Counted from the stretch's first letter, positions 1 to 13,460 are shown. The stretch: 64,000 nt of DNA from Lama glama (GCA_028534125.1 CM052817.1:44890001-44954000), one strand, 5' to 3'. The notes: generated by a model from the letters alone, not told the origin. A program made the numbers and translations.

Positions 1-2714
1 TCTTTCCTCAGATTCAGTTTGTTCTGATATTTTGTGGCTCACTGAATAGAAAAAAAAATGTGCCCTGTACTTCCTGTGACAGTCATTCTGCTGACAGAGT
101 GACAGGGTTGTTTTAAAATACTGCACAGGAAGTGCTTTTAAGAAAAGTTCCTTGGGACCAGAAGCAGAGCCACCTCTCTTCAGACCTCTTAGCTTTCAGC
201 GTAACCCAAATCAGAGGATTGGGAACCATGATGTCACAGAATTCAAGCATATTTAAGGGCATTGTATTTGATTCTTAATGTTCATTATTCATTTTTGATT
301 GAGAAACCTGTACAGTTATCTGGCAAAGGGCACAGAGAATTTCTTAACCACTGAATCATTCTACAGGATTTTTTGTTTAAAAATTGGATTTCAGTACAAG
401 CAAATGAATGAAAAAGGCCACAGATTTTACAAACATAGCTTCTGATCCCTCTGGGGAGGTAATAAATCACTTTAGTTTCCTTGCCCCAATTTTCCCACTC
501 TCTACACTAAGGCAATATGTAATATGTTTCCCTTTTTGAAGGAACAATTCAGTAAAGTCTCAATTTCTCTATAAATTAAGATAAAACCTATAGATACCCG
601 AAATCACCAAAGTGTGAAAAGCTAAATTGAAAATATTTTATCTTCAATAATGCCAAATATCTGTATTTTAAAAATTTATCAATATTTAATGAGGTAATTG
701 GCATATCTTATTCTTGTTTGTATCCACTTATTAACACTAATGAAACTAGTAAGTCAGTGCATTCTCATTGGTTCATTCCATTACCAGGATATAATCATCT
801 GTGAGGCAGTCATTTTTAAATACTATGAATGATAATATAGCAGTTAGTGATGTACACCTTTAGAATGAATGCGTACGGCCAGGGAGACTGAAAACATTGT
901 TTCCATGTGATTCTTAATAGTTACTTGGCTTAAAATATCACTTTTGATATTTTCCTTCTGAAAAGTCTGTGGCAAAAGCATACACTGCAGTCAAGGTTAT
1001 AGGTTGCTTAAGAAGAATGAATGTACCTATTTGGTTTTAGTTTAAAAATAACAAACTGTTCCTCATGCTAGTTTTCTTAGAGCCGTTATCCTGGAAAGGC
1101 CCCCAAAGTCTTTGAGATTGTCACAGTCATAGAATACAGCGTCCTCTACTGTGATACTCAATTTAGGGAGAAACCAAACTGAGAGAGGTTGCCTCGCTTC
1201 TCTCAAGGAAACTAGGGAAGCTGACACAGGACAGGAAGTGGGCTTTGCCACTTTCAGCTCCAGGCTTTTCCCACTAGACTTTACTTCCTCATGTTCTAGA
1301 AAGATCACTTATGGTCAGGGGGAGCAAGTGCTATATGACTAACTTTTATTGGGGTTTTTACTTACAGGAGGCTAACTTTTTAATTTCAATTGCTTAAGAT
1401 ACAAGTTCTGCAAAAGGTGACCTTCATCCTCAGCCCTCTGGGCATTGTCACTGGGATTAATTGCTTGTGGCTGTTAAAGAGAATACCCACCAGAATATTC
1501 TTCATGTAGTTTATATGGCTGGTCCTTTCATGTGATTCTTGATATGTTTATTTCTATCCTTAATGCAATGAAATACTTCACTAATAAAAAAGCAGTTTCT
1601 ATGAAATTGTACTGGAAATTGTATGTTATGTCATCAGATGTTCAGTTGTCTATGGAGTTCCATTTGAAAGGTGGTCTCTACCCTCCTGATGGATGTAGTC
1701 CTGAGTTACACCTCTTGGGCCACATCTGATTTCAGCTCAGGTGTGGTGGACAGTTATTGGTAGCCTGACAAGCCCCAGACTTTTCTTTTCTGCCTCCGGG
1801 TTTTCTCCAGGGCCCTGGAAGCCCCTCAGGAGCATCGAGGGGTTAATACTCCCAGGAACTGATGCTCAACCAAAGTGGGCAGAAGTCAGCCAGTAAGTGT
1901 TCCAGTCCTCAGAGGGACAATTCTCAGGCTCATTCTACTTGGTGCCTCAGGTGCGGTTGCCCACAGTGGGAACTGCTTCCTGTTACCGTTTCTTCATTCT
2001 CTGTCTCAGTCTCCCCACACCCTCACTGCTGCTTCCTCCCAAATAATCTACCTGCACTAACATCCTTATTCAGGTCTGCTTCCAGGTAAACACAAGCTAA
2101 AAGGCAGACAAGTCCACCCAGGGGGCTTGGCAGGATCAGAGAACTGTTGGAGAAGTACTGGACCTATGTTTCTGCGGACATTTGGACTGAAGTCATTAGT
2201 CCAACAATTTAGATTACCTTTAAAACCTTTCCCATCCCAATAATATTGCATTTTACTTCTAAAATCAGCAAATCCAGATCAATCATCGAAGATTTAGCTC
2301 AGTGTTACAAATGTCCTTATGTGTTAAGGGCACTTGACCCTTTGGGCTTCATAGGAATCCCAAATCTGATTTTAGCTGGCTTATGGCACAGGGGAAGCTC
2401 CTGATGCCTATTTCTGCTTACTCAAAGGTGTATAGAGACACCTGGAACTCTGTAACATATCAAACCCAATCATTTCAAATCAAGGAGTAAGAAAGTTCCA
2501 GAAAATATATTTCAAAGAGTACTAATAAGGGGTGACATGTTCCACCAGGTATTAAAACATATACCCATGAACAATAATTAAGAAAGTGTACATATGGTAA
2601 GTGATATAGAATACAAAGTCCAGGAACATGGGTACACATTAAAGACAAGATAAAGGTCCCATTTCCAATAATAACTGGTCTTTTATTTATTCAGCTAATA
2701 TATTTAAAAAATAT

Positions 2715-2915
2715 TTTAACCTTTTGAGGTGTAATTTACATAACAAAAAACTCATCCATTTAAAATGTACAATGATTGTTAGTGAATTTACTGACTTGTG
2801 CAGTGTTAGAACATTATCACCTTAGTAAAATCCCTCATGTAAGTTTAAGTTAATCCCCATAACCACCCCAGCGCTAGGCAACCACTAACCTACTTTCTGT
2901 CTCTACAGATTTGCT
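2715..2915 (-). mobile_element. L1 3'-end fragment (old L1M-type)
   Basis: ttgaggtgtaatttacata...ctaggcaaccactaacctactttctgtctctacagatttg is the typical antisense L1 3'UTR. Confidence 0.7.
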
Positions 2916-4279
2916 GATCTCCGGTCTAGGCAAGAGGTTATGGTAATTTGAATCAGGGAGATGGCAGTGGAAATGAAGTATTTTAGAAATACTTAAAAGA
3001 TAAAAATCCATAGGACTTGAGAGACAACTCTGGGAAAGGGAAGGGAGAGGGACATGTCAAGTAGCTCATTCGTTCCACAGTCCTGAACAAAGCCCACCAT
3101 GAGGGCAGGCATTCTGCTAGCACTAGGGAGACAACCAGTAAATACAGGAAAGTTTTCTGCTCTCATGGAGCTAATGTTAAATGGGGGAGGGGAGGCAGTA
3201 AATAGGTGGTGGTAAGTGCTAAGAATATTAAAGTAGCCAGAGTGACAAAAGTGGAATGTCCTCTTAGAAATGGTGATAAGGGAAAGCTTCCTATCGAAGA
3301 ACTATTCAGCCATTCTTTTGCATCTGAGATCGTTCTTCCTTCCATCCATGATTTCTGTGCTTTGGCTCAGCTGGTTCTCTCTCGGGCCACTCTCAAACTC
3401 TTCTTGAGGGCTATCTGCTCTGGGCTTAACATTGGTGCTCAGCTGCAGCCTCTTCTCACTTGACACTCTCTCCCTGACAATCCCATTTACTCCATCCATC
3501 TCCTTGCCACCCAAGTCATCTTCTCGGAGACAACCAGTGTTATTCATTTTTAAAAAATTTATCTTTCCAGGAATATTTTATATAAATATGTGTAATTATA
3601 TATTCCACCCCTCTTTTTTTCCCATTCAAATTATATCATACCATATACCATATAGTTCTAAATTGTTTATATAACTTATCTTTGAGATCTTTCTTTTCAG
3701 AACACAGCATTACTGTTCCCATTGCACGGCTTAATAGTATTCCTTTGTATAAATGCGGCTATTTAAGCAATCTGCTGTTTGTTTCAAATCATCTGTTATT
3801 ATACATAATGCTGTAACAGATAACCTTGTATTCTATTAATTTTGCCAAATCATTTATAAGATAAATTCCTAGAAGTAGCATTGCTGGGTGCAAGGACAAT
3901 TGTAATTTTGATAGACACAATGGCTTTTTTGTTCTTATTTTTATTTTTACCAGTCATACAAGCACATAGATTTAAGAATCAAAAAACTATACAAAGTTTC
4001 TACAAAAAAACCCCACTAAATATACATCAGTCTCAGAGGCGCTTCTTTTAGCCTTCTTTTTAATTTCTCTCTTTTTTTCCTTTTCACTTTACTCCCACGA
4101 CTCTTTAAGTATGCTGCTTCGGGAATTTTCAGTTTTAGTATTATCCGTTGACTCTCTGCTATGGAGAATGAGGATTTAGCTTGCTTTCTTACCCAGTCTT
4201 CATTGTACACTGCTATTCAGCTTCCTGCCCATCTTTTCCAAGGGGGCTCCCTAAAGCAGTTTTTAAGGGCTCTCTGGAG

Positions 4280-5150
4280 GCACGCCGTGGAGTTTCCCAG
4301 CATCTCACCTCGGTTGTGACGCTCCAAGCCACGCGAAGCCACAAGGCCCCGGAAGCAAGCTGGATCGGGGGCGTTCCCTCTCCTCCCTCCACCCACTACG
4401 CTTTTCTAGCGTTCCGGCCTCTTAGCCTAGGCCAGAAAAGGGGCGGAACTCCGTGATCCGGGAGCGGTTTCCCCGCCGGATCGAAAAGCGGAGTGCACCG
4501 ACTGTCGCGGGAGCGGTACCTCAGTCCCCTCCTCCCGCGACATGGCCTTCAACTTTGGGGCTCCCTCGGCCACCTCGGGTACTGCTGCAGCCACCGCGGC
4601 CCCCACGGGTGAGTTGTCCCCCAGACCTTCTCCCGGAGAGGAGGGAAGACCTTTGGTCCGGCCCTTCGGTCCGAGACTTTAGGGCTTGGAGTCCTGGGGT
4701 CTCCTGCCCGCGCGGAGACTAGGGGCTTGGGAAAAGGGCGGGCGGCTGCAGAGCGGGCCGAGGCGGCTCCTGAGGAGGCCGCGGGGGGAATGGAGGTCCA
4801 ACATGGAACTCGCGCGCCGCGGGTGGGTACCCGCAGGGCCCCTTTCCTTCTAGGGTTCGCTTCCCGCTGCCGCGGAATCGGAGTCGGAGAGCCTGGAGGC
4901 GGCTCCTCTCTCGCTTTGCCGGAGACCCGCCCTCCCCTCCCCTCCCCACCTCAGACTCCGGGACTGGCGGGAACGCTCGCCTGGTTCCTGCGCTGGGCTC
5001 CGCGAGGGTAGGGCTGTGGAGCCTTCGGCGCAGCTCTGTGGCTCCCTCGGCCCTGGCCCCTTTGGTTCTAGCTGCGGGACTATACGCTCCTGCTCCTTCC
5101 TCCGTCCCCCGCCTCCTCTGCTGTCTTTGGAGCAAAGTCAGGGTTTGTCT
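4280..5150 (+). promoter_or_regulatory. NUP54: CpG island / TATA-less promoter of NUP54
   Basis: Abrupt GC- and CpG-rich block in otherwise AT-rich DNA, spanning exon 1. Contains CCGGAAGC (ETS/GABP-like, 4349-4356) and a GGGCGG GC box near 4442. Boundaries approximate. Confidence 0.85.
4542..4608 (+). CDS. NUP54: NUP54 coding exon 1 (MAFNFGAPSATSGTAAATAAPT-G), 67 nt
   Basis: ATG at 4542 in gacATGG context; translation matches the NUP54 N-terminus; donor G|GTGAGT at 4609. Confidence 0.95.
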
Positions 5151-5280
5151 TTGTTCACTTCTGTGAAGCCTCGTGCTGACTCTTCTAATACGTATGTTGC
5201 TTTCTTTTCTTTTTCTTATTTCTTCTTTTCCCTCTCCTCTTTTAAAATTTTGTTTGTTTCTTTGCCTACACGCCTATCAG

Positions 5281-5442
5281 GATTTGGTGGGCTTGAGACT
5301 GCCAACTCCACCGCCAGTGGGTTTAATTTTGGGGGTTTCGGATTAACTGCTAATCCTGCAGTGAACTTTAATATTGGGAGTTTCGGTGTTTCTACTACCT
5401 CGGCGACTCCATTCAATTTTGGTAACAGTCTGGCAAGTGCAG
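5281..5442 (+). CDS. NUP54: Putative alternative FG-repeat cassette exon of NUP54 (GFGGLETANSTASGFNFGGFGLTANPAVNFNIGSFGVSTTSATPFNFGNSLASA), 162 nt, phase 1-1
   Basis: Long pyrimidine tract and CAG acceptor ending 5280; donor AG|GTAGAT at 5443; open in the frame left by exon 1; five FG motifs; length divisible by 3. Confidence 0.75.
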
Positions 5443-8262
5443 GTAGATATGCGGGTCGTCTGTGTAACGAATGTTGGGAGCTGGAGTCCAAGAATATTTT
5501 GTGGTTCCTAGAGTTTGGGAAAGAACAGTGACTTTTCTAATAAGGAAAGGAGATTTATTTCCTAATGTCTAATCAAGAACAGTTATATCAAGTTTTGACT
5601 GCCTTTAAAAAATTGTTTTGGGGAAATCTTGCAAGTTATAATGTTCCTTTGTTAAATTTGCATTCAATTGAACAGAATATGCCTTCCAAGTGATAAGAAT
5701 TCGGAATGGATTATTATTTTTGAGTAGAATGTATCTTCCAAATGATTAGATATCTCCTTCAAAGTATAAGCTCAACAGTCAGGCCCATTTTCCTGGAATT
5801 CTTGGACTCCTGCAGTCATTTTTTCATTTTTCCTGCATCTTTCATTGGAATTTCATTTGACTGTCCTTGTGTTTCCTGAGAGAAACAAGTCTTATACGAA
5901 CAGCGGCAACCTGTCTTGTTTTTTAACCTGTATAATAATAATGTGTTTCTTTGGTCAACTCAGCAGATTAGGATACATTTCTATAAGGTAATGTGATTAT
6001 GGAAAGAATCCCCAATTCTTTACTGGATTTTTTTTTGAGAAATGGTCAGAGAGAGCAATTTAGTTTATTGTCAGATAGTATTGGGTTCTAAAAGGTAGGC
6101 CAGACATCTTTGTACTCAAAATAATTATGAAGATTTTGGTATCTATATGGATTGTTTGAAGTTCACTGGAAATTTGCAAAACACAAACTATAATGTGTGT
6201 ATACATTTAGATATAAATTTAAAATAGGTCAGGTCTGTGTGTACCTTGCGTACAGTGACCCTATGGAAAAATCTTGTTCCTCAGCTGCTCGTATATGAAT
6301 TTATTGTCCATATTCTCTTACATTATGCCACTTAATGCCCATGCCAATTATATGCATTTGATAAGCATGAATTATTCCCTAAGACTTATTTGGGAAGTCT
6401 GGCATTTTGTGCAGTTACTTGTTACTGCTGTGTGGCTATGACCTTGGCATCTAATTTGAAAACATTTTGAAGAATACTTAAAAATTCCAAAGATTAAATA
6501 ATCCATTATCATTAAGGTATATTTGAAGTGATCACATATGACTGTTTGGATGTTTGCTTTTTCTCTGTTTGCTTAAAATTGGCACTGGGTAAAACAGAAA
6601 CATTTTGAAATTTGTGTTTCCAAACAAACCCACCCAGCTCATAATTCAACAACAATAAACCAACCTGTTGGTATTTGCTTGATTTCATGTTCATTTGGAG
6701 TTATCACTGTTAAGCTTTGAGTTGTGGTAATATAACTGTGTTTTAACTACTTTTATGTATGTTCATTAACGTAGTGTTCAGCAAAGGGCTGATAGAAATT
6801 CTTGTCTACTTTTTAATTTTATTCCCTTGCCAGATCCATTATTACAAAAAAAATTTTGTTATTATGGAGCATGTTAAAGATATTAATGTTTTTATTGTGT
6901 AGCCAGTTCAGAATATAGCTCAGATTTTCTATGAAAGTTAGAAGTAAGAAAAGATTAGGAACAATGTTCAGTACTTTAGGTGATTTTTATCAAAATGTTT
7001 ACAGTTTGCAGTACTGCAGTAGAACCCACAAGTAAAATAAGAGTATTTGGTTATATCTGCATGCAACATGTAGTCGATTGTTGAGTAATTTTCCAAGTCA
7101 AAATTATATGATGATTATAATGGGTTGGGTTTTTTTTTGTCCTTGTATCTTTTATGTTACCATATTGATGAATCTCTGTCTCTTATGCCAGAAATATATG
7201 AGATTAAAAGTTAGAGGATTTGTCTTAAAAGTTTTTCTTGGCACCACATTGGTAATCAGGTAAAGACTGACAGAAAGGAAAGTCCATTTCATTCATATGT
7301 CAGGTTAGATATGGTTTAGATTAATTTTGATTCTAGATTTAGCTAAAAATGAAATTTCTGTATCTGTCAGAGTTACCAAACTGTGGTGCAGTGCCCTGTG
7401 GTAGCTTTGCTCTCCTTCCTGGCCACTGCCTTCCTCTTGTGGGTTTTTTACCCTTAACTCTTCCTTAAAGAAACACATTCTTGTTGTATAGAAGTCAGTA
7501 TATTGGTATGTTTCATTTGAAAAGTTGCTTAGCCTTGTTGGGAGACTCAGTAGAAATATAAGCTGAAGTAAAATATACATGAATTCACTGAAGCCAAAGT
7601 TGCAAACAGTCTACTGATATGCTCTGTTTGTCACACTGTTTTAAAAACATTCGAGTTAGTTGCAGAAAATCAATTGAATTAGACTTTCAATTCTGTAAAT
7701 TTCACATAGAAAATCTATATCTTCTATTTCTTTTGGGAGAAAATGGAAATATATAACACTACTAACCTACCATTCTCCTGTAGCAGTAATCTGCTGGAAT
7801 TTAGGAACTGCTGCCTTTTTAAAAAACTGTTCACATTGATAAGTTCTACCAGTCAGTAAACACCTAGACTATTTCACTCTTTAATGTTAGCCTAAATCTT
7901 GTAGGTGTTTGAATTTGCAACCCCTACTCTAAAAGTACACTCAGTCATTTTAGAGTGTGTTAAACCTTAGGCAGTAGGCTTAATATGTTTTCTCAGCTGT
8001 AACTGTTAATCACCTCTTTAGTTGAAAGGTGTATATTGCATTGTGGTGTTTCTACTTTACTTAGTCGCTCATTTCTGCAGTGTATTGACTTCTTGATTAG
8101 TATAGTTTTTAAAAAATTGATGTTGAAAGTAGAGAAAGGAAAAATCACACCAATATATTTCATCTTTATATAGAGCAATTACTAATATAATTTGGAAAAG
8201 AAATTACCTCATATGTATACAAAAGATTCTTCCTTTCTATTTATTTATCCTTTTTTAATTAG

Positions 8263-8346
8263 GTGGGTTTGGAGGATTTGGGACAACATCTACAACAGCA
8301 GGTTCTGCATTCAGCTTTTCTACTCCAGCTAACACAGGTGCTACTG
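8263..8346 (+). CDS. NUP54: NUP54 coding exon 2 (GGFGGFGTTSTTAGSAFSFSTPANTGAT), 84 nt
   Basis: TAG acceptor, G|GTAAG donor, FG-domain translation. Confidence 0.95.
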
Positions 8347-8435
8347 GTAAGAAGATATCAAACCATTTATAGAAGCAAATGAGCTAGAGGTCAATTCTTT
8401 TTTAACTTATACAATTTTAATTTTTTTATTCAAAG

Positions 8436-8585
8436 GACTCTTTGGTGGTACTCAGAACAAAGGTTTTGGATTTGGTACTGGTTTTGGCACAACAGCTGGA
8501 ACTAGTACTGGTTTAGGTACTGGTTTGGGAACTGGACTTGGATTTGGAGGATTTAATACACAGCAGCAGCAACAGCAACAAACTA
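8436..8585 (+). CDS. NUP54: NUP54 coding exon 3 (GLFGGTQNKGFGFGTGFG...FNTQ7T), 150 nt
   Basis: AAG acceptor after an 89-nt intron; A|GTAAGT donor; FG/GTG repeats and a poly-Q tract. Confidence 0.95.
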
Positions 8586-10699
8586 GTAAGTATGAGATTT
8601 TCATTTTAAAATACAAAGCCACAATATAGGTAACATTACTGAGTACACTATTCAAAACACTTTAGTGGATATCTTTTTTTTTTTTAAGAATGATAAATAT
8701 ATTATATTCCACAGAATTCCAAAAGCTACTTCTCATGTTTACATATGATGGTAGCTGGGGAGAAGACAGATTGGCATGATTAGGATTAAAAGGCCTCTGT
8801 GTTTAGTATCATTCCATTAAAATTTTTTTGTTGTTGCTAAAAATAACAGGAGAATAGAAAATGACAAAATTACAGCTCAAAGAATTATATATAAGGTGAA
8901 TGCCTTTGTCATTTGCCCATCAGAGAAAATATATGTTGATTACTTTCTTATTTTTCTTTATCATTTTGTCACTCAGGTGTGTAAACAGTACTATTTAGTT
9001 TCATTTATCTTTAACCTCTGTAGGTTCCCCTTTTAGCTCTCTTTTTAAAAAATTTTCAGTTTGTTGAAGAAATCAGATTTGTCCTGGAGAGGTCATCAGT
9101 CAGGACTTTAGTGATTTCATTCCTGTTGTATAGTTTTCATATCCCTTTGCCCTCTGTATTTCTTGCAAGTTGGGTTGGATCTAGGGGGTTAATTATGTTG
9201 ATAGTTAAGTTTTTTGTTTGTTTGCAAGACTACTTTATAGATAGTGTTGTATTTTTTATCAAGAGGCATATCATGTCTGATTGTCTCTACATTTTGTCAT
9301 GTTAGCAGCAGCCATTGGTTATCATTACCTAGATCCATTAATTCATTAGGGGTTACAAAATGGTGTTATTCCAATACTGTGACTCCTTTTTCATTTATTT
9401 TTTGGAATACTTCAATAAAGAGAAACTTTACCTCATCCACTATAGATGATTCTTCCCCTTTATTCTTAGTTTTCAAAGTAAAGAATTGGTTCCTAATCAT
9501 TCTCCAAAGGGAACTTTTTTTTTTTTTGATGTCAGGAACTCAAGTATTTAAATTATTTGGTATTTTTTAATCCATTGTAGTTTTACTTATTGATGCTTAA
9601 ATTGTTTCAACTTTGGGTAGCGTAAGCCTCAGGTTGGTTCCCAAATCCCTTTAGACACAAGTGTAGAATTAGCCTTTGATAGCTTCCTTACTAGCTGGTA
9701 TGGCAGTATGTTCCAGGGTTATCTTATATGGATTAATTTATTTAATTATCACAAGAACTTTATGAAGTAGAACTCTTTGGTATCTCCATTTTATAGGTGA
9801 AGAGAGGAAACTGAGAGAATTGTGACTTTTCCATATACCTCCTAAGAAGTAGTATAAGAACATAAATTCCAGTTCTGTGACTTCTTTTGTAATTCTTTTT
9901 CTTTTCCATCGTCTGCGACCTCTTAAAATCACTTTTGTTTCATCTTTCTTAGATAACTTGATTGTCTAAAATTCACTTTACTTAGACATTGAAGATTAGT
10001 AATTTATTAAATATGAATTTCAAGAATTATCTAACCAATAGGATAAAGATAATAGAATTATTCCTCCAGAATAATTCCAGAATTTTTTTTTCTAGAGTTA
10101 CAATTGTATCTTTCCTACTATCCTCCTGCAAAAATACACGTAGTTTGATGGAAATCCAGGTAGTTAAGGAGAAGAAAAGAAAAGTGAAGTTTTTTCTTTG
10201 TTTCTTGACATAAAGCCTCTCCAACTGTAAGTTATTATAGTTGCATTTACTTTTGTTAGGAAAAGTGGGAATTTGAATCTGGTGCTATTCATTTTCAGAA
10301 TGAAAAGGACTCATTCAGTTAGATAGCAGCCATTTGCTGAGTATATGTTGTATGTCAGGCACTGGGTATATAAGGTTGAAGACCATAACCCCTGTTTATA
10401 GCCTGCAAGGAGATAGATTAGCAATTAGATAGAATAATATACATTAAACTATAAAAAATATGTATGGGTGGGAGCACTAAAACAGACCCACACAAGTTGC
10501 TATGGAATACAGAGGAAGAGTTGTATCTTAAAGGAATTAGCCAGTTGGATAAAATCAGAAAAGGGTATTCCAGACAGAGGGAATAACATTGACAAAGGTA
10601 TGACTGCATGGCACAGCATGATGGATTTGGGGCCTGCTGTTGTAAGGAGTTTGAGTTTAATCTACAAAGATTGTGGAGGTTTTGCCTCATTTTTTAAAA

Positions 10700-13460
10700 C
10701 TCCTGCTTGTGTGCAGCACTTGCAGTCTGGTTACACCATCTCTGATGTGTCTAATCTCAGTTACCTGCTGAATTCCTGGACAGTACTTCTTATTCACTGA
10801 AAACTTTGGCAGCTGGCTCTGAGTCTTGCTTTTCTTTCCAACTTGTGCTTTCAGTCTGGTTTATTTTCCTACTCAAACAGCTATGCCATCTACCTTTTTA
10901 TTACAAAGAACTCCATTTCACTTTAGCCACAATTCTTACCTTGGACTTTGGCAACATCTGAAACTGTTCTAATTCCATGATCACTAATGTAAACATCCCA
11001 CAACCTATTGCTCTTTTAGCCTGCCTTTTCAACTTCCAGTATAGCTGTTCTTCGATCTCATTAGAATCTTTAGACCCATGACACTTTCTGCTTTTCCATC
11101 AGCTCCTTCCTGTCTTCATAATTTTCTCTAATTAGCTTAGATTCCTTGTCCTTCCATTTCGGTCACTCTCACTATATGCTAAACTTCCTTATCCTTGTAG
11201 CATGTCTACCTGAATAAACCACCCAAGCCTGTGTAAGCCCAACTGTCTCTAGATACTGCTTGAGAACATCACACAGTATAAAAGATTGAATAGTACCTCT
11301 AAATTCTTAATCACCAACCCAAGTTGGGGCCTCAACATTGCCCGGCAATCCTGAGAAGTTTCTGTTTTCAAATTATTCTTCCACTTTCTATAAATTATTT
11401 TAAACCTTTATTCTCTTCACATCTCAGATTTCCCTGTTCTCACTTTCAGCAGATGGCCTTGACTTCTACTGCACAGAGAAAATAGAATCCCTCATTGTAA
11501 TCCCTTCAGCTGCCCACTACTGAATCTGTCTACCTCCCTCTGAACCCCTCCTTTTCTCTTTTCACCAGTGCCCTGGATCTCATATCCTCCCACCTTCTGG
11601 TGACCTTTGTGTTGTTGATTATTCTGCCCAGCAAACACCCACCCCATTCCACCTCCCACCCTCTACCAAAAGAAAAAGTCTTCAGCTTCTCTATCCAAGG
11701 ATTCTTCTCATCCAAGCTTAAATAATCTGAAGTTTCTTATTTCTTAAAACAGTAACAACAAAACAAAACTACTTTAATCTCCCATTTCACTTCGGCTGTC
11801 ATTCTTTTCCTTCATAAACTACTTGGAACAGATGTAGAAGAATGGGATTGTCTGTTACCTCTTAGTCTGCACTAGTCTGGTTTCTCCTTTCTTTACCCAA
11901 TCAAATAGTTAAGGTTATGAATCATCTCAAATCCAATGAACATTTACTGTTCTTTAATTGAGAAAAATTCTAACACAGAAAAGTAGAATAATAAAACAAT
12001 CCCACATTCTACCAAATAGATTCAACAAAAGTCAAAACTTGCCATATTTGCTTTATCTATCTCCTCCTTCCTCCCTTCCTTTTTTTTTTCTTTTGAATTG
12101 CTGAAATACTTTAAAGAAAATCCCAAACATGTCATTTCACCCTTACTTTACTGTGTTACTCTTAAAAACATGGAATCATTTCAACTTACAAGTAATAACT
12201 CCTTGGTGTCATCTAATACCCAGTCCTTAATCAAATGTCCTCTTATGTCTCAGTAAAGTTTCCTTCAGACAAGGACCACACATTCACTTTCTTGTTATGT
12301 CTCTTAAGTTTCCATTTAGTATAGAGAATTCCCCACTCTGGTTTTTCCTTACTCATGAATTATTGCAGAAATTAGGCCATTTGTACTGTGAAATGCCCAA
12401 TTCTAGATATGTTTGTTTTCTTATAGAATCATTTAGCTTTATCCCCCATATTTGTGGTAAATGAAGTTAGCTTTAGATACTTTATTAGATTTGACTTTGA
12501 CTTTTTGGCATGAATACTTTGCAGGTGGTGCTGTGTGCTTCATGTTGCATCATATTAAGTGGCTGTCTCTCTCTTAGAGATGCTCAGTGGTTGATCAGTG
12601 GTTCAGGTGGTGAGAGCCAGTCTGTCTTAGAAAGTTCCCCATCACTCTTTAACCTAATGGTTTCATTCATTGATGGTCATTGCCTCAATCAATTATTTTA
12701 TTAGGAGTTGCAAAATGGTGATTTTCTAATTCTGCCCTCTCTTCTACACTGAAATTCTTCTGTAAAAAGAGTTTTTCTTCATCCCACCAAGATTGCTTAG
12801 TCAGCCTGAAATACAATTTGTATGGGAAAGGCATGGTAAGTTCTTTCTTAATTGACAGTTTTTGTAAGAAGTTGTTGGTGGCCTGATTATTTCCAGTGGT
12901 GTCTAAGGGGTTGAGATTTTATAAATTTTTAATTTTTACTTTAAAAAATCATTTTGAATGCATGAGCTTTAATAAATTGAATGTGTTTTGAGTTGGTTGC
13001 ATTCATTATTCTTTTTGATGCTCAAATTGTCACATTTTTGGCCAGTGTAAGCCCTTGCCTTCAGTGATAGCCTGGTCTGTTTTTTTTTCCTTCCTTATTG
13101 TTTGGTGCTCCTTACTGCTTTTGCCAGCTTGTCTTCCCCTCTTTGCCACAGAGATTTTGCACATACTGTTCTTCTTTGCCACTGCCCCATGACCTGACTG
13201 ACCATGTCCTTTAGACCTTAGTTGAAGTTCTAATGGAACAGCTTTCTCTTGACCCTCCTGCCCCAGGCTTGGTTAGCTGCCTCGTTTAAGACTCTCATAG
13301 CCTCTGTACTTCTCCCAGGCACTTACCACAACTGTTAATATTTGTTTGATGTGCTCAGTTTGTTTAAAGAACCAGTCTTGTTTACTGCCATATATCCTTA
13401 GTGTTTGCCTCTATCTCTGACACTTAGTAGGTGCTCAGTAAGTATTTGATGAATGAATGA
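10700..13460. mobile_element. Degenerate L2 interrupted by an L1MC-like fragment (about 11950-13050)
   Basis: Pyrimidine-rich L2 ORF2-like sequence and an L2 3' tail ...gtgctcagtaagtatttgatgaatgaatgaa at about 13430-13461. Boundaries rough. Confidence 0.5.

Noticed and set aside
4181..5135. Several 89-138 aa ORFs on both strands over the NUP54 promoter
   Set aside because: Expected by-product of stop-poor GC-rich CpG-island DNA; low-complexity P/R/G/A translations with no recognisable family.
5016..5531. 171-aa ORF as a standalone gene
   Set aside because: Only 5281-5442 looks coding; the rest is pyrimidine tract and intron read-through.
6517..6670. Possible second, decayed FG exon or poison exon in NUP54 intron 1
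   Set aside because: Only faint similarity to the 5281 exon; 154 nt, stop codons and weak splice sites.
8452..8655. Minus-strand ORF with poly-Cys and PKPV repeats
   Set aside because: Antisense shadow of the NUP54 poly-Q and GTG/FG codons.
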